This document shows positions 38,385 to 52,029 of a stretch of 64,000 nucleotides of DNA, in pieces. The position numbers and the translations under genes are program-made. This DNA is from Malacoraja senta (lineage: Eukaryota). The DNA lies in assembly GCA_038087875.1 (NCBI GenBank), contig CM075989.1, positions 23,686,001 through 23,750,000 on the forward strand, in the 5' to 3' direction. Under the pieces are notes generated by a model. The model had not been told where the DNA came from, did not search any database, and worked only from the letters and a program-made list of their open reading frames with translations. Positions within the stretch are counted from its first letter, which is position 1. Every line of letters begins with the position of its first letter.

Positions 38385-38815
38385 TTAGGATTAACCTATG
38401 GTGAACGTTTGACGGCACTGGGCCTATATTCGCTGGAGTTGAGGGGGGGACCTCATTGAAACGTACAGAATAGTGAACGGCTTGGATAGAGTGGATGTGG
38501 AGAGGATGTTTCCACTAGTGGGAGAGTCTAGGATTAGAGGTCATAGCCTCAGAATTAAAGGACATTCTTATAGGAAGGAGATGAGGAGGAATTTATTTAG
38601 TCAGAGGGTGGTGAATCTGCGGAATTCTTTGCCACAGAAAGCTGTGTCAGTGGATGTATTTAAGGCAGAGATAGATAGATTCTTGATTTGTACGGGTATC
38701 AGAGGTTATGGGGAGTAGGCAGGAGAATGGGGTTAGGAGGGAGTGATAGATCAGCCATGATTGGATGGTGGAGTAGACTTGATGGGCCGTATGGCCTAAT
38801 TCTACTCCTATCACA
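38385..38815 (+). mobile_element. CR1 LINE 3' fragment, tail-to-tail with the 38821-40922 copy
   Basis: ORF 38473..38718 GLDRVDVERMFPLVGESR.RGHSLRIKG. Confidence 0.85.
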
Positions 38816-38820
38816 TGCTT

Positions 38821-40922
38821 ATAGATACATAGATACATAGAAAATAGGTGCAGGAGTAGGCCATTCGGCCCTTCGAGCCTGCACCGCCATTCAATATGAT
38901 CATGGCTGATCATCCAACTCAGTATCCCGTACCTGCCTTCTCTCCATACCCCCTGATCCCTTTAGCCACAAGGGCCACATCTAACTCCCTCTTAAATATA
39001 GCCAATGAACTGGCCTCAACTACCCTCTGTGGCAGAGAGTTTCAGAGATTCACCACTCTCTGTGTGAAAAAGTTTTTTCTCATCTCGGTCTTAAAGGATT
39101 TCCCCCTTATCCTTAAGCTGTGACCCCTTGTCCTGGACTTCCCCAACATTGGGAACAATCTTCCTGCATCTAGCCTGTCCAACCCCATAAGAATTTTGTA
39201 TGTTTCTATAAGATCCCCTCTCAATCTCCTAAATTCTAGTGAGTATAAGCCAAGTCTATCCAGTCTTTCTTCATATGAAAATCCTGACATCCCAGGAATC
39301 AGTCTGGTGAACCTTCTCTGCACTCCCTCTATGGCTATAATGTCCTTCCTCCGATTTGGAGACCAAAACTGTACGCAATACTCCAGGTGTGGTCTCACCA
39401 AGACCCTGTACAACTGCAGTACAACCTCCCTGCTCCTATACTCAAATCCTTTTGTTATGAAAGCTAACATACGATTCGCTTTCTTCACTGCCTGCTGCAC
39501 CTGCATGCCTACTTTCAATGACTAGTGTACCATGACACCCAGGTCTCGCTGCATCTCCCCTTTTCCTAATCGGCCACCATTTAGATAATAGTCTGCTTTC
39601 CTGTTTTTGCCACCAAAGTGGATAACCTCACATTTATCCACATTATACTGCATCTGCCAAACATTTGCCCACTCACCCAGCCTATCCAAGTCACCTTGCA
39701 GTCTCCTAGCATCCTCCTCACAGCTAACACTGCCCCCCAGCTTAGTGTCATCCGCAAACTTGGAGATGTTGCCTTCAATTCCCTCATCCAGTTCATTAAT
39801 ATAAATTGTAAATAGCTGGGGTCCCAGCACTGAGCCTTGCGGTACCCCACTAGTCACTGCCTGCCATTGTGAAAAGGACCCGTTTACTCCTACTCTTTGC
39901 TTCCTGTTTGCCAGCCAGTTCTCTATCCACATCAATACTGAACCCCCAATACCGTGTGCTTTAAGTTTGTATACTAATCTCTTATGTGGGACCTTGTTGA
40001 AAGCCTTCTGAAAGTCCAGATACAACACATCCACTGGTTCTCCCCTATCCACTCTACTAGTTACATCCTCGAAAAATTCTATAAGATTCGTCAGAGATGA
40101 TTTACCTTTCGTAAATCCATGCTGACTTTGTCCAATGATTTCATCACTTTCCAAATGTGCTGCTATCCCATCTTTAATAACTGACTCTAGCAGTTTCCCC
40201 ACTACCGATGTTAGACTAACTGGTCTGTAATTCCCCGTTTTCTCTCTCCCTCCCTTCTTAAAAAGTGGGGTTACTTTTGCTACCCTCCAATCCTCAGGAA
40301 CTACTCCAGAATCTAAAGAGTTTTGAAAAATTATCTATTTCTGGAGCTACTTCCTTAAGTACTCTGGGATGCAGCCTATCTGGCCCTGTTGATTTATCGG
40401 CCTTTAATCCATTCAATTTACCCAAAACCACTTCCCGACTAACCTGGATTTCACTCAGTTCCTCCATCTCCTTTGACCCGCGGCCCCCTGCTATTTCCGG
40501 CAGATTATTTATGTCTTCCTTAGTGAAGACGGAACCAAAGTAGTTATTCAATTGGTCCGCCATATCCTTGTTCCCCATGATCAATTCACCTGTTTCTGAC
40601 TGCAAGGGACCTACATTTGTTTTAACTAATCTCTTTCTCTTCACATATCTATAAAAACTTTTGCAGTCAGTTTTTATGTTCCCTGCCAGTTTTCTTTCTT
40701 AATCTATTTTCCCTTTCCTAATTAAGCCCTTTGTCCTCCTCTGCTGGTCTCTGAATTTCTCCCAGTCCTCTGGTATGCTGCTTTTTCTGGCTAATTTGTA
40801 CGCATCATCTTTTGCTTTGATACTATCCCTGATTTCCCTTGTTATCCACGGATGCACTACCTTCCCTGATTTATTCTTTTGCCAAACTGGGATGAACAAT
40901 TTTTGTAGTTCATCCATGCAGT
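38821..40922 (-). mobile_element. 5'-truncated, disrupted CR1-clade LINE (second subfamily)
   Basis: Collinear ORF pieces 40699..40917, 40294..40644, 39522..40202 (GVPQGSVLGPQLF, FADD) and 39042..39518, broken by a stop and frameshifts. 3' tail (CTATGTAT)n at 38821-38840. Confidence 0.93.
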
Positions 40923-42196
40923 TATGATGATAAGGAATGTTCTATTTTTGATGGAGATGGAAGGGGAATAATGTTTTCATTTTTCTTTGTACAATGGGCA
41001 CTACGTATTTTGAGATCTCGACCCAACAGAGCAATGGAGACCAAGGCATTGAACATATTCAAGATATGATAGATTTTTGGACCTCGGGTGACTTGAGGTA
41101 CATGGGGATCATGCAATAAATTGTAGTTGAGGCCAAGATCAAATCAGTCATGATGATATTGTCAAGGGGAGGAGTAGGTTTGAGAGGCCACATAGCTCCT
41201 GTTTCTTCTTGTCATCGCAGACTTTGTATCCACTGTTTTCCTGTAGAGTCCATTAAGTCTTTAGCCATAGGGTGGTGAATCTGTGGAATGCATTGCCATG
41301 CACAACTGTGAAGGCCAAATCATTGGATATTTTCCCTCCTTGGATAAATAAAGTTCTATCGTATCGTGTCGTATTTTTAAAACGGAGATTGCCAGGTTCT
41401 TGATTAGTAAAGAGGAGCTTGCCAGCTACATGGAGGACAGAGATATGTGGTGCGTCTGTCACCGTGCCCGTCGGAAACCAGCACCAATGCGTCGCTAATG
41501 TTTTCAACGATTTAATAAAAATTTAAAAATTGATTAGTAAGGGTGCCAGGGGTTGTGGGGAGAAGGCAGGAGAATAGGGTTGAGAGGGAAACATAGTTCA
41601 GCCATTGAATGGTGACTCGATGGGCTACATGGCCTAAATTCTGCTCCTATGAATTATGAACGAATTTAAGAATCATTTTGTGATCTGTTCTCTCGTTTAA
41701 TCAGTGCCCAGGAAAACCACCATACTTTACTAAACTAAACAAATGAATGAGTCTAAAATGGTTTTACAAACTCAAATTTAAGTTGAAGAGTAAAGAGAGT
41801 TCAGTGAAATAAATGAGTGTTAGATGTATGAAAAAATAGATCGTTGACTGGGGGCCAAGAAAGTTGATCCAAATGGCTGTGGGGAACCATGATGATTTTT
41901 GGCAATTTGCTGCTTGAATCATGTTATGTACCTAATCTGTAACATCTACCATGACACTCCTGGAGATCAGTTCTCAGACTACAAGCAGGTCAATGCCTGC
42001 GGTTGGACCTTCTGATCTCCAGTTGATCATATTGCCTCTTGCAATATTTGCCCTCCTCGTCCAAAGCAAAACAAAGCACTGAGTAGCAATTCCTTTAGAA
42101 AGATGCACAAAATCCACTTACATTGTAGACATCTTCAGGAACGGCTGCAAAACAGCAGCCGTCCGTTAATTGTACTTTTTGTACTTTTGTACCAAG

Positions 42197-43190
42197 TTTT
42201 TTTTTTTTTTTTAGTTTTCTTTAAGTCTTTGTTTTTATTTATTTTGCCTTTTGATGTGGGGGGATCAAGAAGAAATCACTTCCCGGTCCCTACCTGGTCG
42301 GTGAGGCAGCCTTCTCTCCGGTTGCCCAGTCGACCCGTCCTCGCGGCCTACCAGCGGGCGTGGAGCGGCGCGGAGCGGCGTTTCCTGGCGGGGACCGCAC
42401 AGCACCCTCAGCTTCGGTGGCGGCACGGCGCTGGAGCGCTATTGTGCAGCGGAGCGGGCGATGCCTTGCCTGGGTCGCCGCGCTGGACCGACGCGCTGGA
42501 GCTCCGGTGAGCTGGACCGCCGAGCTCAACACCTCCGGGCTGCGGGACTGTGGAGCGACCATCCGCGGGCGGCGGCGCCGACTCCAACACCGGGAGCCTT
42601 GAGCTCCAAATCGGCGCGGCCTTGTCGGCTTCAGGTGCTGCGGACGCCTGCGGGAAATCGGCCGTTCCACCCGTAGTTACGGCCTCCGGTGAGGGATGCG
42701 GCCGTTCCAGGTGGCCCAGCTGCTGGAGGACTCTCCCGACGCCGGGGCTACATCACCCGGCGAGAACGGCCAGGATCATCGGGCCTCCGTAGAGGCAATA
42801 GCGGGGGCCTCATTTGGCCTGACTTTTTTTGGGTGAACTGGGGCTGGGGACTGGACATTGTGCCTTCCCCCACAGTGGAAATCATTGTGGGGGGATGATT
42901 TTTGTATGTAATTGTTTGTAATTGTATTTGTTAGTCTGTGTTCAAGATGGCGGTCGGAGGGGAGAGTGGACGCTGGCGCGGTTTCGTTGCCGCTGCTCTC
43001 TCCTCAAATTGTGCTTCTGATTTTCTTTTTTGTGTTTTTGGAAGGAATTCTGTCCCTGATTTGTGTATTGGTCTTTATAACTTATTTTTTAAATTCTGAT
43101 TATATGTTTCCTATAAATCTCTGTAAGGTGTCCTTGAGACCTCGGTATAAGGCGCCCGTAAATAAAATTCATTATTATTATTATTATTAC
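42197..43190 (+). mobile_element. CpG-rich non-coding retroelement-like repeat with L2-type tail
   Basis: T-rich leader, GC-rich body 42280-42830, caagatggcg motif at ~42943, 3' end tgtaaggtgtccttgag...aaggcgc...aataaaattc(att)n. Confidence 0.6.
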
Positions 43191-43314
43191 AAAGGTCAAA
43201 TTGAGATGCGGTCAGTAACACTTGCTTGTCAGTCAGGAGGTTGTGGGTTCAAGTCCCACTCTAGATTCAATCACAATGAGGTGCTGTTCCTCCAATTTGT
43301 GTTTGACACACAGA

Positions 43315-43750
43315 AACACAGAAAACAGGTGCAGGAGTAGGCCATTCGGCCCTTCGAGCCAGCACCGCCATTCAATATGATCATGGCTGATCATCCAAAA
43401 TCAGCACCCTGTTCCTGCTCTCCCCCCATATCCCTTGATTCCATTAGCCCTAAGAGCTAAATCTAACTCTCTCTTGAAAACATCCAGTGAATTGGCCTCC
43501 ACTACCTTCTGAGGCAGAGAATTCCACAGATTCACAACTCTCTGGGTGAAAACGTTTTTTCTCATCTCAGTCCTAAATGGCCTACCCCTTATTCTTACAC
43601 TGTGAACCCTGGTTCTGGCCTCCCCCAACATCAGGAACATTTTCCTGCATCTAGCCTGTCCAATCCCTTAAGAATTTTATATGTTTCTATAAGATACCCT
43701 CTCATCCTTCTAAATTCCAGTGAATATAAGCCCTGTCGACCCATTCTTTC
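43315..43750 (-). mobile_element. CR1 LINE 3' fragment
   Basis: ORF 43401..43640 FTQRVVNLWNSLP; 3' UTR nearly identical to 38840-39040. Confidence 0.85.
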
Positions 43751-44980
43751 TTCCTCATTTTGCACAATAGTGATCGCGTCTATTTGACTGATGACATGTT
43801 GGGTCACCTTTACATTGACCTTTCAGTCCAGAAAAGCACTGAAGCTGTTGCCTTTGGGAAGCCCTGTCTCATTTTCCTTCTCCAGTGAATATCAAAGATC
43901 AGTAGTGCAAGTGAAATTAGAATGAGCTTCCTTCCATGACAACCAGCCAATATTAATACCCCAACCAGCGATAATTGTGAAACAGCCGGTTACTACAAAT
44001 TTGAGGAACAACACCTCAGATTCTGCTTGGGTAGCTTACACCCCAGCGGTATGAACATTGAATTCTCTTATTTTAAATAACTTCTCCTTACACTGAAGAA
44101 GGGTCTCGACCCGAAACATCACCTATTCCTTCGCTCCATAGATGCTGCCTCACCCGCTGAGTTTCTCCAACATTTTTGTCTACCTTCTCCTTACTCTCGC
44201 CTCCTCCCTCCATCGCTTCCTCCACCCCAGTATTTTACCAGTTCCACAGATCTCCACATTGTTTCCCACCTTCCTTTGCCACCAGTGGAACTATCAGGAC
44301 CACCCTGCCTGGGGGTATTCGTGGCCATCCTCAATGGGTCCTGGTCTTTTCTCGCTTCCAGCTCTTCACCTCCCCCCCCCTCCCCCCCCCACACTGCCTA
44401 TTTTCAGTCTGAAGAAGGATCCCGACCTGAAACATCACCCATCCTTTTTCTCCAGAGATGCTGCCTGACGCGCTTAGTTTAGTTTAGAAATACAGCGTAG
44501 AAACAAGACTTTCGGCTCATCGAGTCAACGCCAATACTCGTCCACTAGCACTATCCCACACATGAGGGACAGCTTTTACAGTTTTTACCGAAGCCAATTA
44601 TCCTGCAAACAGAAAGATTGACCTGGCTGGACCCTTCTACAGAAAAACAGATCAAGTGGTAGACTAATGACATCAAGAATTAATTTGATATGGTTAGCAC
44701 AAGGATATTTCTGTTGGTTGGGAGACTGTAGCTACAAGTATAACTAAGAAGGTTCAACACCAATGTGGTGCTTCATGTAAAAAGGGGAAAAGCGTTTACC
44801 GAGCAGGTAAAATCCTGACAACAGATTGATCAGATAAGTAATAGACCATGGAATCCGAGGGAACGTGTCCAAGTGGGTTTAAACTGGATCAATGGGTGAA
44901 TGAAAACAGCAATGTGTTTTAGTGAGTGACGGCCGCATGTAGTGGGATTCTGTGGGTGTATTGGGTTCTAAGACACACAT

Positions 44981-45375
44981 GAATGAATACTTTATTGTCA
45001 CATGTGACAATTCACAGTGAAATTCTTTGCTTGCATATCCGAGGTATGCCAATAGTCGCTACATAGAGGGCTCTTACAAAGTCACAAAGTTACAAAGTAC
45101 GCCCGTGCCAGGGCCCCCTTTGTTCTCCCCCCCTCCCCCCTCCCCCCTCCCTCCCTCACGGCGGTCCCCCCGAGCGCAGCGTAATCCTCACTTCCACGTG
45201 TCTGTCCTCGTCTGTCGGTCGGCTCCATCATCGACCGCCACACCGACCTCTCCACTATCGCCGCCGGGTCCTCTCTGGATGCCTCCGTGGCACCGACCCT
45301 GGCCCCAGACGTGGGTTCCGGGGACCCAGGGGCCGGCCGTGGGCTCTGACCCACGAGGCTTCATCGCGGCCTGCC
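44981..45375 (-). mobile_element. GC-rich repeat with LINE-like 3' tail
   Basis: Minus strand ends gaatttcactgtg...cacatgtgacaataaagtattcattc; CpG-rich body. Confidence 0.5.
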
Positions 45376-48300
45376 AGGAGGCGTATTGGTTCTCATGGGC
45401 CCGAGATGAAGTAGTTTGCAGATTACGCCAAGATGGGCAGTGCGGTTGGCAGCTAGGAAGAAAGGGCAGGGGCGGAGGGAGATGTCAATGGGCTGAGAAC
45501 TAAAATAACTAATGGAATTTAATCCAGAAAGGTGTGAGGTCATGCAGTTGGGATTGGAAAATTGGTCATGTAAGAGATAATTGGTAATGTAAGAATACCT
45601 TATAGGTGAATAGGGTTAGGAGGGTGAGATAGATCAGCCATGATTGAATGGTGGAGTAGACTTGATGGGCCGAATAGCCTAATTCTGCTATCACATGGCT
45701 TTATGACCTGTGGAATGTCTGTGGAATTCTCTGCCTCAGAGGGCGGTGGAAGCCTGTTCTCTGGATACTTTCAAGAGAGAGCTAGATAGGGCTCTTAAAG
45801 ATAGCGGAGTCTGGGGATATGGGGAGAAGGCAGGAACGGGGTACTGATTGGGGATGATCAGCCATGATCACATTGAATGGCGGTGCTGGCTCGAAAGGCC
45901 AGATGGCCTATTCCTGTACCTATTGTCTATTGTCTATTGACCTTATAATAAGTGGTAGGACATTAAATTGAGCAGAGAAACAGAAGGGACTTGGAATGCA
46001 TCTACAAATCCTTGGGGGGGAAAAGGTATTTAGGAAGAATCATATGAATCTTACAATTATTTGCTGAAACACAGGATGTAAAGGAGGCTAAGGAGAGACT
46101 AAATGGAGGTGGATAAAATAACGAGCAGTCTAGACAGGGTGGACATGAAAGACCATTTTCTCTTGGCAGAGGGGTTAATAACTAGGGGCATTCTCCTGGG
46201 ATGGAAATAGTCTTTCCTCAATCTTCCTCTGCTCCTTTCATCATCTCGTTCTCCACTTAAACACTTAACTCTGCTGCAAAAAAATAAAATCACAACCTCG
46301 CCATTATCTTGCAATAATTCTCCCGTCTTGGGGAACAATCCAAATCAGACCATTTTTCTGCAGCCTCTTCTGAACCGTCACGTCCTTATTGAAGTGTAAA
46401 CATCTTGTTAAATGTGCAAAGCCTTTTAAACCTTGGTGAGGCCACAGGAAATCACTAACAACATGAAAACTGGATAAAGATGTTTATTCTCTTCACTTAT
46501 TTAGTGTCTTTTAGTTTTAGTTTTGTGATACAGCCATGGAGACAGGCCCTTCGGCCCACGGAGTCCATGCCGACCAATCCATCACACCCGTTCACAATAT
46601 TTCCATGTTATCCCCCACTTTCTCATCCGCTCCCGACACACTTTACAGAGTCCAATTCGCCTACAGACCTGCAAGTCTTTGGGATGTGGGAGGAAACCGG
46701 AGCACCCAGAGGAAAGCCACGCGGTCACAGGAAGATCGCGCAAACTCCACACAGACAACAGGTGCAGTCAGGATCAAGCCCGGATCTGTGATGCAGTGAG
46801 TCAGTAGGTCAACCAGCTGCGCCACTGTGCCACCCTGCACCGCTGTGCCATCCAAGTTATAGTGACGTAACCTACAAGGATGCAGACTGAGAGCTTGGGA
46901 AACAGGACCATTGTCAGTGCATTTTGGGCTAGCATAGTGCAATGGGTGGAATGGTCTCCACCAGTGCCATAACATTTGGTGATTCCAGATATTAACCTAA
47001 CAGGGAAGTGGGTAATAAACCATCTTTACCCAGAGTGGGTAGAATATGGAAGCAACTGATGCAGGAAGCGGTGAAGGTAATTTCTGTAGCTGCTAAGATG
47101 AAGCTTAAAGAGCACATGGGGAAGACACAGAAAAACAGATGCAGGAGTAGGCCATTCAGCCCTTCTAGAACCCCGTTCCTGCTTTCTCCCCATATCCCTT
47201 GATTCCTTTAGCCCTAAGAGCTAAATCTAACTCTCTCTTGAAATGCTTTGATAAAGTGAAAGATGAAAGACAGGGAAGAGAATCATGAGAGGGCCTGTTG
47301 GAGCTGAAACAGCAACTCTGGCAGTAAATACCATGGATTCCGTAATACTGTTTTGACACATTAGTTTTTTAACAATATGACATCTACAGTAACCTCAGCT
47401 TTACAAATCACTTTGCATTCACCACTTCAATTGGGTGCCTTTTTAAACACACTACGATTCCAAGCCAAAGATTTTTTTTTCTTTTTCTGGAAGAGGTAAA
47501 GAGGTGCAGGAGTAGTCATTTCTGTAGCTGCTAAGAAGATGAAGCTTGATGAGCACATGAAAAAGACACAGAAAAACGAACGAAAAATAGGTGCAGGAGT
47601 AGGCCATTCAGCCCTTCGAGCCAGCACCGCCATTCAATATGATCATGGCTGATCATCCACAATCAGTGCCCCGTTCCTGCTTTTTCCCCATATCCCTTGA
47701 TTCTGTTAGCCCCAAGAGCTGAAACTAACTCTCTCTTGAATACGTCCAGATATAGTAATAGATATTTATGTTCAATTGTGAATAAAATGACTGAATTGCA
47801 GGAACATACAGCAGTCTGGCACTTTGAGCAACTACTTGCCCCCAATCTGAGGTTCACCATCTAGTAAGCTCTTTGATGTTTAATATCAATATCAGAGATT
47901 GCTGGGCCATGCAGATTATTGGCATTCCACGTTAAATACACAATTACAACGGACCTGCCGCATACACATGTCAACAGCTTGTATCCAAAATTACAGATCG
48001 CAGCCGAGCATTGTTCACTTTTACTCGCACACATTTGGACAGTGTGGGAGGTAACCGGAGCACCCGGAGAAACCCACGATGTCACAGGGAGAACATGCAA
48101 ACTCCGTACAGACAACACCCATGGTCAGGATCGAACCAGTGTCTCTGGCGCTGTGTGGCAGCAACCCTACTGCTGCGCCACCATGCCATGTGTGTGTGTG
48201 GGTGTGGGTGCATGTATGTGTGGGCATGTGTGTGGGTGTGTGTGGGGATGTGTGTTCTCATGATGTGCATCATTGGTGATTGTGTGTGTGAATGTATGAT

Positions 48301-48522
48301 GCAACCCATTGTCATGTGATAGACATGTCATTTTACTGCACGGAAACAGGCCCTTTGGCCCAACTCGCCCATGCTGAACAAGATGGATACGAAAGGTTTA
48401 GAGAGATACGGGCCAAACGCAGGCATTTGGGACGAATGTAGATGGAGCATCTTAGTCGACATGGGTAGGTTGTGCCGAAGGGGCTGTTTCTGTGCGGTAA
48501 GACTCTATGACATGACAATGGG

Positions 48523-48993
<471 letters not shown>

Positions 48994-49056
48994 TGCATGT
49001 CAAGAGAACACATATCCTCACACACACATGCACCTTCACACACACACACACACACA

Positions 49057-49340
49057 CAGCGCCAGAGACCCGGGTATGATCCTGACTACGGGTGCTGTCT
49101 GTACGGAGTTTGTGCGTTCTCTCCGTGATATCGTGGGTTTTCTCCGGGTGCTCTGGTTTCCTCTCACACTCCAAAGATGTACAGGTTTGTAGGTGAATTG
49201 GCTTAGTATAATTGTAAATTGTCCTTGAGTATGGGTAGGATAGTGTTAGTGTGAGGTGATCGCTGGTCGGCGCAGACTCGGTGGGCTGAAGGGCCTGTTT
49301 CTGTGCTATATCTCTAAACTAAACTAAACTAAACTAAACA
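49057..49340 (+). mobile_element. HE1-type SINE (5'-truncated at a CA repeat)
   Basis: V-domain and (ctaaa)5 tail. Confidence 0.85.
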
Positions 49341-49663
49341 TGCCTCTAAATCAACCTGCACACACACACATTAGTGGTCTACTTCATAAACACATGCCCA
49401 CTCACATACACACATATACAAATATGTACATGGGCTGCATCATATAACCAGCATTAAGAGCACCCCCCACTCTACACCCACCCACCCATCCACTCATTGA
49501 ACCACATCCACGAGTGGTCTACATCTCAAATACCTAGACATCCATTCACACACATACTCATGTGTAGGAAGGAACTGCAGATGCTGGTTTAAACCAAAGA
49601 TAGACACAGAATGCTGGAGTAACTCAGCGGGACAGACAGCATCTCTGGAGAGAAGGAATGGGT

Positions 49664-49691
49664 GACGTTTCGGGTCGAGACCCTTCTTCAG
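49664..49691 (-). ncRNA. Putative minimal hammerhead core (second intact copy)
   Basis: Identical 28-nt core CTGAAGAAGGGTCTCGACCCGAAACGTC, flanked by GT/AC (2-bp stem I). Confidence 0.55.
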
Positions 49692-49984
49692 ACGTCATAC
49701 ACAGATACCCACACACATACCATTCTTGTCTGGCATCATACGATCAGCAACACTCAAGCAGATAGCAGCCCTGGATATGTTGTACATTTAGCACTGTTCA
49801 CCCATTGCAACATGTGCATTAGTGCAACGACAAGGTACCTGATCTGCTCTACATCCTCCCTGGGACTTCACTCCCCCTCTACATCCATTCAGTCCCTAGA
49901 CCTGGAGGTGAAGTAAAAGCAGCCCAATGGGGTCTTCTTCATAAATGTAGCAGGAAAGCTCCTCAATGAGCTAAAGCCCAACTT

Positions 49985-50430
49985 GTGGACGCAGCCCAGA
50001 CCATCACACAAACTAACCTCCCTTCCATTGACTCCATCTACACCTCACGCAGCCTCGGCAAGGCCAGCAGCATAATCAAGGGCAAGTCGCACCCTGGCCA
50101 CTCCCTCTTCTCCCCTCTCCCATCGGGCAAAAGGTATAGATGTGTGAAAACGCACACCTCCAGATTCAGGGACAGTTTCTTCCCAGCTGTTATCAGGCAA
50201 CTGAAGCATCCTACCACAACCAGAGAGCAGTGCTGATCTACTATCCACCTCATTGGTGACCCTCAGACTATCTGGCTTTACCTTGCACTAAACGTTTATC
50301 CCATATCGTGTATCTGTACACTGTAAATAGCTCGATGGTAATCACGTATTGTCTTTCCGCTGACTGGATAGCGCGCAACAAAAGCTTTTCACTGTACCTC
50401 GGTACACGTGACAATAAACTAAACAAAACT
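49985..50430 (+). mobile_element. Rex1/Babar LINE 3' fragment
   Basis: ORF 49985..50236 nearly identical to the 6146-6686 copy. Confidence 0.85.
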
Positions 50431-51074
50431 CTTGAGCCACCTTTTCAGAGACACTGACCAGCCTGTTGCTGCCTCCTTTCTCTCCACAATTGTCAGCCAC
50501 GTGGTTTCACTCTACCTTAAATGGACCTGAAATTTCACTTCCATCTCTGAAGATTCTTTCAAGGGATTTTTATTCACGTTGAGCTCCATTTTGGACATTT
50601 AATTCAATGGAACGCAACAAAACTGAATCTCTGAAGCAATGCTCAACATCCACGACATCAAACCTCCAACACAGGATGAATTTCTACTCCATTAACTTTT
50701 ATTGTTGATTTTGAATTTGGGTTCATAATGGCTGCCCTAGAATATTCTGGACAGTATCTGCACCTCTGCGATTAATGAATGCAATCTGAGGCCGTTGCTA
50801 ATGCTCTTAGACCTTTTCAGGAACATCAGAGCTCTAATAAACAAAATTATTGTTCCCAGATCACAGCGTTCAGCTCTGGGGTCATTTAACAACGATGCCT
50901 GAATTCCACTTGGAAACGAATCCACTGATAAGATTTAAACCAACTGGCTATCGCTGCTGGTGTTCATTTGCAAGCAACTCCAAAGAAAGGTCTTGACCAG
51001 AAATGTCACCCATTCATTCGCTCCAGAGATGTTGCCTGTCCCGCTGAGTTACTCAAGCATTTTGTGTCTACCTT

Positions 51075-51640
51075 GGGAGGTCATGTTGTAGTTGTATAAG
51101 ATGTTGGTGAGGCCACATTTAGAGCATTGTGTTTAGTTTTGGGCACCATGTTATAGGAAAGATGTTGTCAAGCTGGAAAGGGTGCAGGGAAGATTTACGA
51201 AGATGTTGCCAAGACTTGGGTGCCTGAGCTATAGGGGTTGAACAGGCTAGGACTCTATCCTTCGAGCGCAGGAGGATGAGGGGTGATCTTTTAGACGTGT
51301 ATAAAATCATGAAATGAATAGATTGGGTAAACACACACAATCTCTTGCCCAGAGTAGGAGGATTGAGAACCAGAGAACATAGGTCTAAGGTGAAGGGGGA
51401 AAGATTTAATAGGAACCTGAGATGTGGCTTTTTTTACACAAAGGGTGGTAGGTGTATTGAACGAGCTGCCGGAGGAGAGAGTTGAGGCAGATACAATTGA
51501 AATGTTTTAGCAGCATTTAGACAGGTACATGGATAGGATAGGTGTAGAGGGATATGGGCCGAATGCAGGCAGGTGGAATTTGTGTTGGTGGGTGTGAGCA
51601 TGTTGGGCTGAAGGGCCTGTTTTCGCGCTGTATGACTCTG
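51075..51640 (+). mobile_element. CR1 LINE 3' fragment
   Basis: Nucleotide similarity to 5450-6000 along its whole length. Confidence 0.85.
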
Positions 51641-51900
51641 TGGTGTAATACTTGTTAGCAGAGACTCCTTTAAGAGATGTTGCCATTCTGCAGATATCAT
51701 CTCCCTCTAGTGGTCAGATGGTCTAGCGATGTAGTGGTCAACTCCCCAAATGACCTCAAAATACAATGCCTTCTCACAAAGAGAAGGACATGGTGAGAGA
51801 TCCTGAACTGTAAGTGTGTTCACACAGCAGAAATAACAGTGGCATTTAAGAGACCTTCGGATAGTCACATGAATGTACGGTGAATAGAGGGATATGAGTC

Positions 51901-52029
51901 TGAAGAAGGGTCTCGACCTGAAACGTCATCCATTCCTGCTCTCCAGAGATGCTGCCTGTCCCGCTGAGTTGCACCAGCATTTTGTGTCTATCTTTGGTTT
52001 AAATAAGCATCTGCAGTTCCTTCCGACAC
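51901..52029 (+). mobile_element. Short Penelope-derived element (monomer) with perfect 15-bp TSD
   Basis: agagggatatgagtc at 51886-51900 and 52030-52044; element starts at the (C)TGAAGAAGGG core. Confidence 0.85.

Noticed and set aside
42103..42898. Overlapping Arg/Ala/Pro-rich ORFs, or a basonuclin first exon/CpG promoter
   Set aside because: Open frames reflect high GC content; the segment has a LINE-like tail and a relative at 60636-61180, so it is more likely a repeat. No supported donor was found.
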